Source of the DNA: Phoronis australis
Taxonomy: Eukaryota; Animalia; Phoronida
Direction: 5' to 3'
NCBI GenBank assembly: GCA_002633005.1
Contig: NMRA01000357.1
Coordinates: 386,341-450,340 of the forward strand
Length of the DNA stretch: 64,000 bases
The notes beneath the pieces were generated by a model, which saw only the letters and a list, made by a program, of their open reading frames with translations, was not told the origin of the DNA and searched no databases. Both the position numbers and the translations under genes were made by a program. Each line of letters opens with the position of its first letter. Positions within the stretch are counted from its first letter, which is position 1. Positions 1 through 10,922 of the stretch are shown in pieces.

Positions 1-936
1 TGGTCGTATTTACTTTTCATGTTTCGAACCTAGTTTTCCTGACAAAACTATATCCTTTCGTCAGACAACTCTTTGGTGCATTGACTTGTTCTTTAATTGT
101 ATTTTTCTACGTCTCTGTGGTTAATTATTGACACATTTTTTTAAGATTTAAAATTCATGTTGGACTCCAAAGTAAGTTTCCGCTTTGTTTATCGCAGTGA
201 GCCTCGCTTTGGATTTTAATGTCCGCCGCGTGAATTGGGTCTATAGACCAGTAAAGCCTTGCTGGAAGTGCCCAGTGTCCAGACGTGTCGTCCTGTGGCT
301 TTCGTTTGCGGCGAACGATTATGCATGTAAGCAACAGAGGACAGCAAAATAAAATAACAAGAAGTCTTATTACTGACTTATGCTGTACTTTGTTGCTGCA
401 ACCGTTTGCCGCTGCAGACGTCCCTAAAAGTGACTTGTCGTGGCCTTTCTAAAACGTGTTTCTGTTTAACTATCCTTTTATTAACATAATGACGTCATTT
501 TAATATAGTGTATTACAGAGATTACCCACTTCGAAAGCAGATTTAGATGCCGAGACTGCGTTTTGTGCACAGGTGTACCGCACACATTTGTTCAATTATT
601 AAAGGCGATGGCAACCTTTTTCCATGTCATTTTGAGCTAAAATAAGGTTGGTTGGTTATCCTAGACATATTTTCCACTTAATTACAGCTATTCGTAATTT
701 TATAAATTAATCGTCCGCTACTCCGGAAGTGACGTTTTAAGAGGCAAGCGTTTCCCGCCACTTGGTTTTCCGTTGACTTTACCGTGCGAATCTGTTCTAT
801 TCTACCTTTGTTTTGTGCTGTTTTTCAACAATTGTCGCCACCACATTCCATCGGCGTGTATTCTGCGGCAAGATAGGTTAGTAGAGAACTCAACTACGAT
901 GGATTTGAGGATTGTTTAGTGTGTTGTAAGCTGAAA

Positions 937-1332
937 ATGGCTGGAGCCGGTGACCGGTATCACAATGACAGTAGTGTGAGTGACGGAGACCTTGTTCACA
1001 GAAGTGGTGACGAGCAATTTTTTCACGAACATTCAGTGGGTGGGTACATGTTTGAGCCCGAGTATAACGAGGCAGAGTACGCACAGGCACAGGCAGCTGT
1101 TGAGAGAAACGAGGCGGCTACTGAGGACAGACGTGGTGACACATCTTGGTGCAAATGCACTGTGTGCGTTGTTATGCCTACCTCAATGGAATGCTTGTGC
1201 TGTTCAGAGTTCGACGAGGCCAAGCCACTACTGGATATGGTTAAGTGGACCTCCGGCATACCACGGACAGAGGAACAACTGTCCCACTTGCCAGAGTGTC
1301 CCGCGACACACTCCCACTGGATGGTGACCTGA
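937..1332 (+). CDS. KolX-like accessory protein N-terminal fragment (P2X7 C-terminal ballast / Zn-cysteine domain-like)
   Basis: ATG at 937. GYMFEPE...WCKCTVCVVMPTSMECLCCSE matches the WCxCxxC...ExxCC motif of KolX/nanor/P2X7 C-terminal domain. Truncated at the internal deletion (~1230). Confidence 0.75.
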   Translation: MAGAGDRYHNDSSVSDGDLVHRSGDEQFFHEHSVGGYMFEPEYNEAEYAQAQAAVERNEAATEDRRGDTSWCKCTVCVVMPTSMECLCCSEFDEAKPLLDMVKWTSGIPRTEEQLSHLPECPATHSHWMVT

Positions 1333-2030
1333 GCACCCAAACTGCTTACATCGTGTCGTGTGACTCCCTCGCCACACACCTGGCACCTTCTAAATAGCTC
1401 CAACACTTTAGACAAGTCCACAATAAACTTATCAAAGTTTGGCTCACCGATCTGTTCACTGGACGACGAACTGTCCTCTTCACTGGGTGTCGAACTGGGC
1501 CTGTAATCACTCCCACTACTCAATATCGCTGCAGGGCTGCTTAGAGGCTCTGGGCTGGAGAAAACAGCACAGGGCGAATCACTACTGGTTCCAGGAATTG
1601 CACGCTCTGGGGTACGTTCGGAGGCACGGGTGACAGTAGATGAAGTGCCTCCACTGGCTCCAGTCACTGTACTGGCCACAGCTCGCGAGGCTTCTCGCTT
1701 CAAAAACGCACTTCTCGGGGGTGGCGACGGGGCACTGCCGGGAATCAACACAGACGGAATGGCATCCTTCTTCAAGCGTTGTTTCGCGGGGACCTTCATC
1801 AGTTCAGCGTACAAATCCCTTTCGTAATCGGACGGCAGAAAGTGCTTGCCACACACACGGTAATTCTCCACTGCTTTGTACGTTGCGTGGACGGGTAACG
1901 CTGCGTTCTTCACACGAACGAGCCAAGTACGGCGAAGTGTGTCATCCATCGGAAAGCGATGCAAAGGCACTCCCAAAGCGCGCGTGAGCCGATAATTACT
2001 ACATCCCGGTACGCAGCAACAGTGTGGCAT
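1023..2030 (-). CDS. Kolobok transposase N-terminal fragment (THAP zinc finger + CxxC region; DDE core deleted)
   Basis: MPHCCCVPGCSN...LHRFP...W...RVCGKHF...LKKDAIPSV is the THAP C2CH signature with an AVPT-like box. It is followed by a Ser-rich linker and RCQVC...WECVAGH..W. The frame then runs into antisense KolX sequence near ~1230. Confidence 0.85.
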   Translation of the reverse strand: MPHCCCVPGCSNYRLTRALGVPLHRFPMDDTLRRTWLVRVKNAALPVHATYKAVENYRVCGKHFLPSDYERDLYAELMKVPAKQRLKKDAIPSVLIPGSAPSPPPRSAFLKREASRAVASTVTGASGGTSSTVTRASERTPERAIPGTSSDSPCAVFSSPEPLSSPAAILSSGSDYRPSSTPSEEDSSSSSEQIGEPNFDKFIVDLSKVLELFRRCQVCGEGVTRHDVSSLGAQVTIQWECVAGHSGKWDSCSSVRGMPEVHLTISSSGLASSNSEQHKHSIEVGITTHTVHLHQDVSPRLSSVAASFLSTAACACAYSASLYSGSNMYPPTECS

Positions 2031-2684
2031 GTTGACTGACTAGTAAATGAAAGCGAACGACGACGGAACTTAACACAACCGAGGTAGAACAATGACTGAC
2101 TCGGCAGCTCTCACAGTCAGACTATATGAAAAGAAATTGGCGCGAAATGCTTGCCTCCTAAAACGTCACTTCCGGAGTAGCGAACGAGTAATCAATAAAA
2201 TTACGAAAAGCTGTAATTAAGTGGAAAATATGTCTAAGATAACTAACCAACCTTATTTTAGCTCAAAATGACGTGGAAAAAGGTTGCCTTCGCCTTTAAC
2301 CTAAAACATGTTTGTGTCTTCTCCGAATCCGCGGTAGACCCATTAGCCCTCAAAGCACAGCAGGTGCATTTAGTTGGTCAACAGTTGAACACAAATTATT
2401 GTTTTGCCTTGGGATTGATTTTTCATTTTCCTTCCTGGTGGCAGTTAAGTTTTAATTTGAATTGTGAATTGTTATGAAGACATCCAAAACTTTGAAAAGC
2501 TGAGTGTGACGTCATAAATTATCCTCGTCACACATGGCTCAGAAATGTGAACTGTCTCATTTTTCGAAAACTTACTCAATCATACAAAGGGTTTTCCGGC
2601 CAGCGTTGCATTTGTACCGATATATTGATTCCATAATAGTTTCACATTGAGAACAGGATTGAGCGAATCCTTTGTCTGTTCCAG

Positions 2685-5600
2685 TACCAAGGAAAGTGGT
2701 ACATTCAGAACGATGTTCTCAACGAGGGCGTGTGGAAAAATGCATACCTGACACTTCACAACGGAACTATTCTGTACTACAACTCAGAAGACGTTCAGTA
2801 AGTTATATTCTATACTATAGCAGAAGGCTATCTCTTAAAGATGGAGACCTCTCCTTACTTTCTTTAGCAGCGCCACCTTAGCAGGGAAACAAAGAAGTAC
2901 TCGTTATGTCTACGACAGCGATGAAAATTTTCAGACATCCAGTTGAGTAATAATATGTAGAAAAATAAATCAATCACTGGACTTGCGGTTTATTGAGTTG
3001 GCTACGTTGCGTCCTCCTTGGGGACTTCAGCGGGCCACTGAGGTGTCACGTGGTTTGTCATATGATCCACATCACAGTTTGCGCGGGATACTCTTTAGTA
3101 CCTTATGCCACGTCCTTGGCAACAGAAACCTCAGCCCCCCTTGTCCGTTTAGGCTAAGATTCTCAACTCTAGTCGTATCAATCAACATCGTGGGCCCACT
3201 TATGGGGACTGCTATGATTCTGCGGTTTTCAGTCATATAGCCGCAACAGACCATTCTTTCTCCCTGGATTATGTCACGATTCTGGATAGAAAGGAAAATT
3301 GGTTCAGGGGAGATGGCAAGGAAGCAATTTATGAAAGAATTGAGGATCCTAGCCTAAACAGACAAGGGGGCCTCAGGTTTCTGTTGCCAAGGAAGTGGGA
3401 TAGGGCACTAAAGAGTATCCCGCGCAAACTGTGCTGTGGATCACATGACGAGTCACGACGAGTCACGAGACGCAAAGTATCCAACTCAATAAGTCCAGTA
3501 ATTGATTTATTTTCTACATATGTCTACTACTAGTCTTTTTCCGTGTCCACTAGCATGATTGGGGTTTGATAATGGCGGACACAATGTAACAGAATGCTAG
3601 ACCGTGTTGATGCTAGATTTTTAATGCGCAGCTATTAACCAACTACGTGGATCAAGATTTTGCTTTCCGCTAATGAATTTACAAAATCAGTACCGAGGTA
3701 TGTGATGTTCTTCCTTGAGAGGGTAGTCGAATGACGTGACTGAAAATGCTTGTACATGTAACAGCAAAACACACTAAAGCAAATAAAACTTATCATTTAT
3801 TCAACATCGTTTTTAGGTGAGGGATTTGTAAGAGAAGTCATATGAAGTAGTAAGAAGTTTGAAAAGAGAATAAACCAGCCTCCTAAATCGGGCGTTCAAA
3901 ATGGCTTCCTGTCTAACGTGTTAATTTGAATATTTAGCATTAATATTCGAAATGTCAAATCATGGCCAATCACGTGCGACCGCCTTCGGCAAATAGGGCT
4001 TAATAAGCAACGTCATTGGAATTAGGGCTGAACTTTACAAGAAAACAATCAAACGTCTGGTTTGGAGGCCGTCAGTACACTGTAAGAGGGTGTATCCAGC
4101 GTCTCTTTTTTCAGATGTCGTGATGTAGCCGTTCTTATGGCATACGACCGCTTTATGGGTAGAACAGTAGAACAGTAGGTTGACTATGAGAACACTGATT
4201 TTCTGTTTTATTTCAGCGACGCCAAAAAATACTCAATGACTTTACTTGATTCACTCTGCCTGTCATCTTTTCAACCGACCTAGGACCAATATCAAAATTA
4301 CTCCCACAATCGACTAAGACCCGGCCCTGAAAAGCTAGTTCTCGCGAGATATCGCTGCGCATATGGAGTGAAGGACGTGGTATTAGCTTTTATCACGCAT
4401 TTGCAGATTTGATTGGAGAGTGATTGATTATTAATCCGCCTGAGTAAGCTGAACCTGCGGAAAGAATCGTCTGCAGACAATGATGTCTCCCACTGTAATT
4501 GCTGGTGTTTTTCAGGACTACCTCCGGAACTTTAGAACCTCATAGAGACGCTTCCTTTTTATTTAAAGGAGAAACTTATACTAGTAAGTAATTTTAACCA
4601 GTAAAACACCGGGTACGTTCATTTATTATATTTCGTTGGAGAACCACCCTTATGCATTATTTAGGCATTAACTGTGTCACGTCGCAAACTGTCACCGCTC
4701 AAGATAATTGGCATTGTAAGGACGCTTGCATACCTAAGAAGAAACGGTTACGGCGCGAAGGCTTGAGGCAACAGTGTGGAGTTCCCATAAGCGGGGGCTT
4801 CAATTAAGCTCGACAAAATGGAAATTAGGAAAGTATTTGCGTACTAATATAATTGACCATTTTCCTTGTGCCTGGTTGATCACGTGACTATTGAATTTTA
4901 AAAGTAATTAGGCACTCTATTGTTCGTCTTTGTGCAGTTAAAAATGTCCTCTCATGGTACTTTACTGGGACATTAACTTTGTTTAAATTACCTGTGTTTC
5001 CGTTGTTTCAAAAACAGTTTAAGATGTCGATAATTAGTATAAAAATAATATCGCACCGTAGGTTTGTCCCATGCCTATTATTTTCATGATTTGGCCTACG
5101 AAATATCAAGTGTTATTTAAGGAAAATGACATGTGATTACAGGACTCACGAATACATTTGTGGCATGTTTTACCTTCCCACAGGTGTGAGGGGAGTGGTT
5201 TACGAAGACCCCGGCAATGACTTCCTAGTTATCTACGAGCGCAATATAGCACAGACAGACAACCCAGATAACGTTGTAGAGGCTAGAACATACTTACTGA
5301 CCAGGAAACAGGAGGTCGATCCGAAAACGAGAAACACAGCACTCGATGCAATTCACAGTGTTGCTTCAAAGTTGTGTTTGAAAGATCCTTACGGTAAACA
5401 GTGTATCTCTTTTTGAAATCGAATTGTTTTAATCATTTTAAAAGCGTTTAACGTGCTTGTCCTGCATGCTGGACGTTTCCGTAGGTCGGCGTCCTTAGAG
5501 TTATAAAGATTGCTATGTAGGGAAACTTTTTTAGTTTGCAGAGGTTCGAGTAATGTATAATGTCTCAAAGTTATAGATTCAGTCACTATATTCATAAAGA

Positions 5601-8600
5601 AATGCTGCACAATTTGGACACTGATGACTTAAATATACTTTGTCTCACCAATTCAAACAAAGTCAGCTACGAAACTTCATAAGTTACAGTCAAAACAATT
5701 AGGTGATGTGTCAGAAATAAGACGGTGTAGAATTAGGTTAAGAGGTAGCCATGTTTTGTAATGGTGGGTGGGACAGGTTTGATTAAATGCATTACCTAAC
5801 AACCTCTAATTACACATCAGAGACCTGACGTTATTTAGTACTAGGACAATGATCACGCAAAACTACGATAGCACCTTCTTTAGGGATAACTTTAGGTAAA
5901 ATTTGATTAATTATCTAGAGTCTTGTTGGGCACTTTCCAAACCAACTGTTCACAATATGGCTGCGTTTCGCATAGTGGTCCCGTTGGTCACTCGTTGATT
6001 CAATAAATTTCGCCAAGTATGTTGGTCTTCCATCAAGTTTTTTTGTTCGCACGATACAGGTCGCAATTTTCGTCAGATCATCACGAAATTTACACATAAC
6101 ACGTAGACCGGTAGTGCTGGAAGCCTATTGTTTTTCGTCATACTCAGATCTAAGATGGCGGCTGTGGCGGCCATTTTGTTTTCATTTTAAGATTCAATGG
6201 CTTCTGGAGGCTACAATTTTTTACGTACAGGGCTGCAAATCGGCACAATTATTGGATCGGATGTGCACTACGTGTACTCCGGAACTTGTTCACTTCCGTT
6301 CAAAGATGGCGGAAATATTGGCACACGCGCATGCGCACCATGATTTCGGGAAAAAAACATTTTCTCCTGTAGAGGGCGCATTATAGGCCAATTCCTTCGA
6401 ATTTTTTCAGATATTGGTTTTTATGACATGCTATTACATAAAGCCATAAAACCAGAAGTTGCTTTCAAGATAGCGGATCTGGCTCAAGTTGACCTATTTT
6501 TAGTCGTTCTGAGGGGCCATTAAAACGGGATAAGGAAATGACGCGAAATTTTGCATGTGGATTCTCTGAAGTATACTCTTTCAAATGAACAATTTTTTTC
6601 TCAGACTTAGCGTTTTCGAGTTATTTGACTTTCAATTTCCTAAGAAAAAACGCAAAATTACATTATTTTCGAAAAATTTACGGAAGTGCGTGATAATATA
6701 ACATTAGATAGAGTTTTGAACGGGCTTTCATATGATATCTTTCATTTTTCTCTAGAACGTCAACTTATTGAATTATTGGAAATTTTCTGATAGCGTTGCT
6801 CCTTTGTAGAGCGCTCTTACTGCATTGATGTTGGCTTAGCTTTTATCGAACAAGACTGTAACCTATTTCTTACTGATTTATGACACCTAAGTGCGTCATA
6901 TGAATGTTATGGTGTTGTGCAGCATCATCATCATCGTCATCATCTCCGTCGTCGTCTTTTCAGTTAATTTCGCCAAGTGTCGCTCAAGACTGTAGCCTAT
7001 ACTTACTGATGTCTGGCCTCTACGTTCGTCTTGTGATTGTTATCATTAATTGAATTGTTCATCATCGCCACCATCGTCGTCATATTCGTCATCTTCGTCA
7101 CCATCTCTATCGTCGTCTTTTCTGTTAATTTCGCCAAGTGTCGCTCCTCGGAGCGCTTTCATCTTTAATGTTGATTTGTTCCAGCTTGGCTTACTGAAAT
7201 TTTACATAGGTATCGACACTGCAATGATTATTTAAGTCCAAGGTGACGTTACAAATTTTGTTTGGAATAGTGTTTGCTGGTAATTGGCTTGAAGATGTTA
7301 GACCTGCTGAGGTAGTCCGTACCACGTCACTGAAATCTCACCACATGCCAAGAATTGTAGGATGACCCTTGGGTTACCTTAGTCTTCACCTGCTTCCTGG
7401 TGGTTTGGTAATTGAACAAATTATGTTGCAAACACAGCAGAAATATCGATGGTCATAATATGACGACATCTAACAAAGGTTTTATTTGTAATTGTCACTG
7501 ACATTTCTTTCCAATTTTCAAAATTCAAAACCTGCTCACGTGTACTCCTCAAATATGCTATTAAAAACTTTCAAAACAAATTATTTGAAAATACTATTTT
7601 CATCCTCAGTGTGTTTACAAATAGGTCTCATCATCTAGAGAACCATAACATCAGCAGCCTGGGGTAATTAATAGCATGGTGTCTTTCATCAATGCATGCA
7701 AATTTTGAGGTACGCAAACCGCTCGATATTGGTGTCAACGCTGGATTCTTTTCATGAAGAGACCTGCGTTTGTTTTCAGCAACTGAGCAAACCACTGAAT
7801 TAAGCGATGATGCACAGGCTGAAATCGAACATAGTGGTGAAGTTAACAGTGGTGAAGAAGTAGGAGGCAGTGGTCACGTGGACGGAAGTGGTCAAGTTGA
7901 CGGGAGCGGTCACGTGGACGGAAGTGGGCAAGTCGAACCCAGTGGTCACGTGGACGGAAGCGGTCACGTAGAAGGCAGTGGTGAAATAGGTGATCTACTT
8001 ATTTTTTAAAACTTCATTCGTCGATCTCAATAACGTTGTAAAGATTTTCATAAAATGGAAATTTTGACTGAAAAGGGTGTTAACGTAATAATAACATAAC
8101 ATGTTATAATCCCTTATATTTTTTATTTCAGAAAATATTTACTTTTACTGTTTGACAAACCCTGTTTTTGATATACGAGATAACCTTAAACAGGACCGTT
8201 CACGTGATTTGTTTTAGTTGGAAGTCTGCAAAATTCAGCGCGCCTTTATTAGCGCAGTGTGGTACTTAAGGCGTAATTCATCACAAACACCAAAAAACTT
8301 CACGGTTTTAAGTCAAGTTTCAGTTTGTATTACCGCTAAAACGTTTCTTTTTAGCCTCATATCCACACAATTATCTTCAAAAATTAGGTTTTGATCAAAA
8401 CACGTCTAACACTGCATTTTTCACTTTCTTGATATCAGAAGGCTCTGGAGAACACATTTGTCCCAATGTGCTTTGTGCCAGCTACTGCCCTTATGGATAC
8501 AAGACGGATGATAATGGCTGCAACAACTGCGAATGCGTAGAGGAGACATGCGAACTGTTGAGAGATTCTGTCAATGAAAACATCAAGAAAGGCCTGGAGT

Positions 8601-10879
8601 CAGGTTCACCGCTGCTCGGAGCAGAACCTCCGATTTGCGAGAAGGATGGAAGTTACAGCGCCAAGCAATGCTCGGGTTCAGTGTAAGTCAAAGTGTCAGT
8701 TGTGTAATAATCAGTGTGTAGCGTAGTGTCATCTTTTACTCTATAATAGAATGGAAGGTGCAACACTAAAGAATTGATGAGGCTATAGCTCCCCAGTCTC
8801 CCCGTGGTGCACCGCCCATAGACCATGGGCGGCGGTGCACTGAAAAAATAGTAGGCTGTACCCTACATGTAGCTCCCTATGGTGCGCCGCTCATGAGTAG
8901 GGAATATTATTCCATCTGCTGTAAAATCACGTTTGTACATGCAGTTTCCAGATCACTCAGGATAATAATTGAAAGTGACAAAGGCATTGAAACTGTCGGG
9001 GGAAAATGTTCACCATCCATGGTGTTAGAATTCTTGAGTTTTAAAAGTATCCGTATCCTGAATGAAATCCTGTGCAATCCTTTTAAATTGAATTATTAGT
9101 AATGGCAAGGGGACGTTGCAAAGGAGTAGGCACATAACACAAAGACCTGATAAGAAATACCAACTCAACTATTGATTTGCGCACCCCAAGCACTTACTGT
9201 AGCAAAATGCCTCGGTTTCAGTTGCTACTGTGTCACTCCCAATGGCAAGGCCATTGCAGAATTCATAGAGCTCGATAGATGGGCAGCCGACCATCTCGTA
9301 TGCGGTAAGTCTTTTTCTCTTGCTTTGACAATCAGCCGGTCTAAACACCGTAATTGATGCAGTGGAATCTTTTATCAGAACGTGTCCAGAAACTGCTTAT
9401 TGCGTCTCCACCTCTTGTCAAGTGTGTGAAATATTTTGCTTAACTTATGAGGGAGTACGAGCTCTATGTACGTGACTCTGTTTCGTTTAAACCTGGTTGC
9501 TTTCTACCGCCACACAGAAGTTGAAACACCATCGCTCATGCAACGGAAGCAGTGAGTACTGGGTGCAGTACTTGCAAACTTTCATCATGCAAACTTTGGA
9601 ATGAAACTTTTTTTTCAATGTGGCCATTTTTTGGTTATTGTTGATAATGACAGAAGTTTTGTAATCGCAAAACACTAAGGAGACATTTTGTAATAGTGTA
9701 TGATCTTTACTAACTCGAAAGAGTTTCGCCAAATGGTTAGATGCCAAGCAGTGAACTACATGTATATTTTCACTCACGTGTTCAAAAGCATGACTTCAAA
9801 AAAACACACTCCAATGCATTGTATTGGATTCTTTCAAACATGTAGGATGCGCTAGGGAATTCTATACACAGAAAACTCTCGAGGAAGACGGATCCAGCGT
9901 TCGTTGCGACCCTATAGGCAACTATTACCCAGTGCAGTGTAACAAGGGGATGTGTTATTGTGTGGACCAGAGCAGTGGAGCGCCAATCGAGGGAACTCAG
10001 CTACCATTGGCAGAAAAGAAAAGTTTGGAAGGAAAGTGTCCAATTAAAGGTTAGTTAAAGTCCCACCTGATATATTAGTACTACCACTAAAGTAATGGTT
10101 GGAGTTCATCATCTCTCGAGCCTCGCTAAAAAGCAAGAGTTTGCGAGATTACATGAGATACTGTCGTGTAAATGAGAACACGTGATTTTGGCTAGATTTT
10201 AGCGAGGTGGTATCGTTGTAGAACTCTGACCTGCTTGTTTTGACAATACGCCGACACGAAGATAATTAATGTTTTGTAAAGTCCCGACATATTCCGCTTA
10301 CTTTAAATACGATAGCGGACCTGAGATAGGTGTTACTACTACAATTGTTCCGAGCCAAATCTTTATTTAATTACTGCCCAATGACTTTAAATGTATGCTT
10401 TTGTGACATAAAAAATCATGTGCACAGCTGTACTGAGTGTAGGGCTCGCGCGAGATGTGAGCATGACGTCGGCATGGAGATCAAAACGTTTAACCCGCGC
10501 TCAGTTAAAGTCATAGAATCAATTTTGGAAATTCAACTGTTATAATTGAGCAGGTTAACGGGCTAATCAAGAGCCATATCTTACATATCTACAGTAGTAT
10601 CAAATGCTAATATAATCTGTGTTCAAGACTTTTCGTCTGGTTACAAGCTCTAATACACTGTGCATATATACGTCTTGGTGACTTTTAGATTATTTATCCA
10701 TTCTGTAATCGCACACCTTTTTCATTTTAACACATCCACTTATTTCAGAAGTCAGCGACAAGGAGACTGCAGTGGCCGTTACCGGAGCACTGAAAGTTAT
10801 CGAAGTACCGAAAGCCCCAGAAGTACCGAAAGCTCCCAAAATACCGGTGGTTCCCAAAGTGGCTGAAGTTCCAAAATAA
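2685..10879 (+). CDS. Gene 1: lipocalin + Ser-Gly proteoglycan repeat + antistasin-like + 2x thyroglobulin type-1 domain protein (5' end unresolved)
   Basis: Phase-compatible GT-AG exons: 2685-2797 (YQGKWYIQND..), 4516-4583, 5184-5393 (..FLVIYER..TYLLTR..LCLKD), 7780-7989 (VDGSGH repeats), 8439-8682, 9222-9304, 9846-10049, 10749-10879 (stop TAA 10877-10879). Possible extra upstream exon ending at 2363. Confidence 0.85.
2957..3517. mobile_element. MITE / foldback element with ~200-bp inverted repeats, in a gene 1 intron
   Basis: Left arm GTAGAAAAATAAATCAAT...GCGCGGGATACTCTTTAGT...GGCAACAGAAACC is mirrored by right arm GGTTTCTGTTGCC...ACTAAAGAGTATCCCGCGC...ATTGATTTATTTTTCTAC. ATAT on both flanks (2953-2956, 3518-3521). 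Confidence 0.8.
5184..5393 (+). CDS. Gene 1 exon: C-terminal half of lipocalin domain
   Basis: cag|GT acceptor and G|gtaaac donor. SVRGVVYEDPGNDFLVIYER...TYLLTRK...KLCLKDPY has an SCR3-like LTR motif and terminal Cys, and aligns with the last exon of each gene 2 domain. Confidence 0.8.
5910..6840. repeat. Interspersed repeat of unknown class
   Basis: Recurrent AAGATGGCGG / GGCCATTTTG and GAAATTT(T)ACAC/GCATG motifs typical of non-autonomous invertebrate repeats. No meaningful ORF. Boundaries are approximate. Confidence 0.4.
6850..7160 (+). repeat. Degenerate tandem duplication (~140-160 bp unit) with (TCA/TCG)n microsatellite
   Basis: CAAGACTGTA(A/G)CCTAT at ~6851 and ~6986. TTAATTTCGCCAAGTGTCGCTC at ~6964 and ~7125. 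CATCATCATCGTC runs between them. Confidence 0.65.
7780..7989 (+). CDS. Gene 1 exon: acidic Ser-Gly hexapeptide repeat (putative glycosaminoglycan attachment region)
   Basis: 18-nt tandem unit encoding (H/Q)V(D/E)GSG. Nine SG dipeptides in acidic context. Phase 1-1 exon. Confidence 0.85.
8439..8682 (+). CDS. Gene 1 exon: antistasin-like domain + first half of thyroglobulin type-1 domain
   Basis: CPNVLCASYCPYGYKTDDNGCNNCEC fits the antistasin C..C...CPxG...DxxGCxxCxC pattern. It is followed by TC...PICEKDGSYSAKQC, the Tg-1 PxCxxxGxYxxxQC motif. Confidence 0.85.
9222..10049 (+). CDS. Gene 1 exons 9222-9304 and 9846-10049: end of Tg-1 domain 1 and Tg-1 domain 2
   Basis: CYCVTPNG...C, then CAR...VRCDPIGNYYPVQCNKGMCYCVDQSSGAPIEGT...C, with CWCV-like Tg-1 motifs. 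Confidence 0.85.
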
Positions 10880-10916
10880 TCATCACAACCAGAGGACGAG
10901 AAAGTTCATAAGGTTA

Positions 10917-10922
10917 AATAAA
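10917..10922 (+). terminator. Candidate polyadenylation signal of gene 1
   Basis: AATAAA ~38 nt after the TAA stop. An alternative AATAAA lies at 12311-12316. Confidence 0.4.

Larger units (their letters stand above)
603..2295. mobile_element. Kolobok-superfamily DNA transposon, internally deleted (non-autonomous)
   Basis: ~158-bp imperfect TIRs (603-760 and 2138-2295) with AGGCGATGGCAACCT...AGGTTGCCTTCGCCT termini. TTAA target duplication at 599-602 and 2296-2299. Carries convergent THAP and KolX-like ORFs, as expected for Kolobok. Confidence 0.9.

Noticed and set aside
250-572. Candidate upstream exons of gene 1 (donors near 328 and 573)
   Set aside because: No phase-consistent chain giving a signal peptide and the expected Cys spacing could be built.
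7050-7235. Ser-rich ORF
   Set aside because: It is a translation of the TCA/TCG microsatellite, with no splice support.
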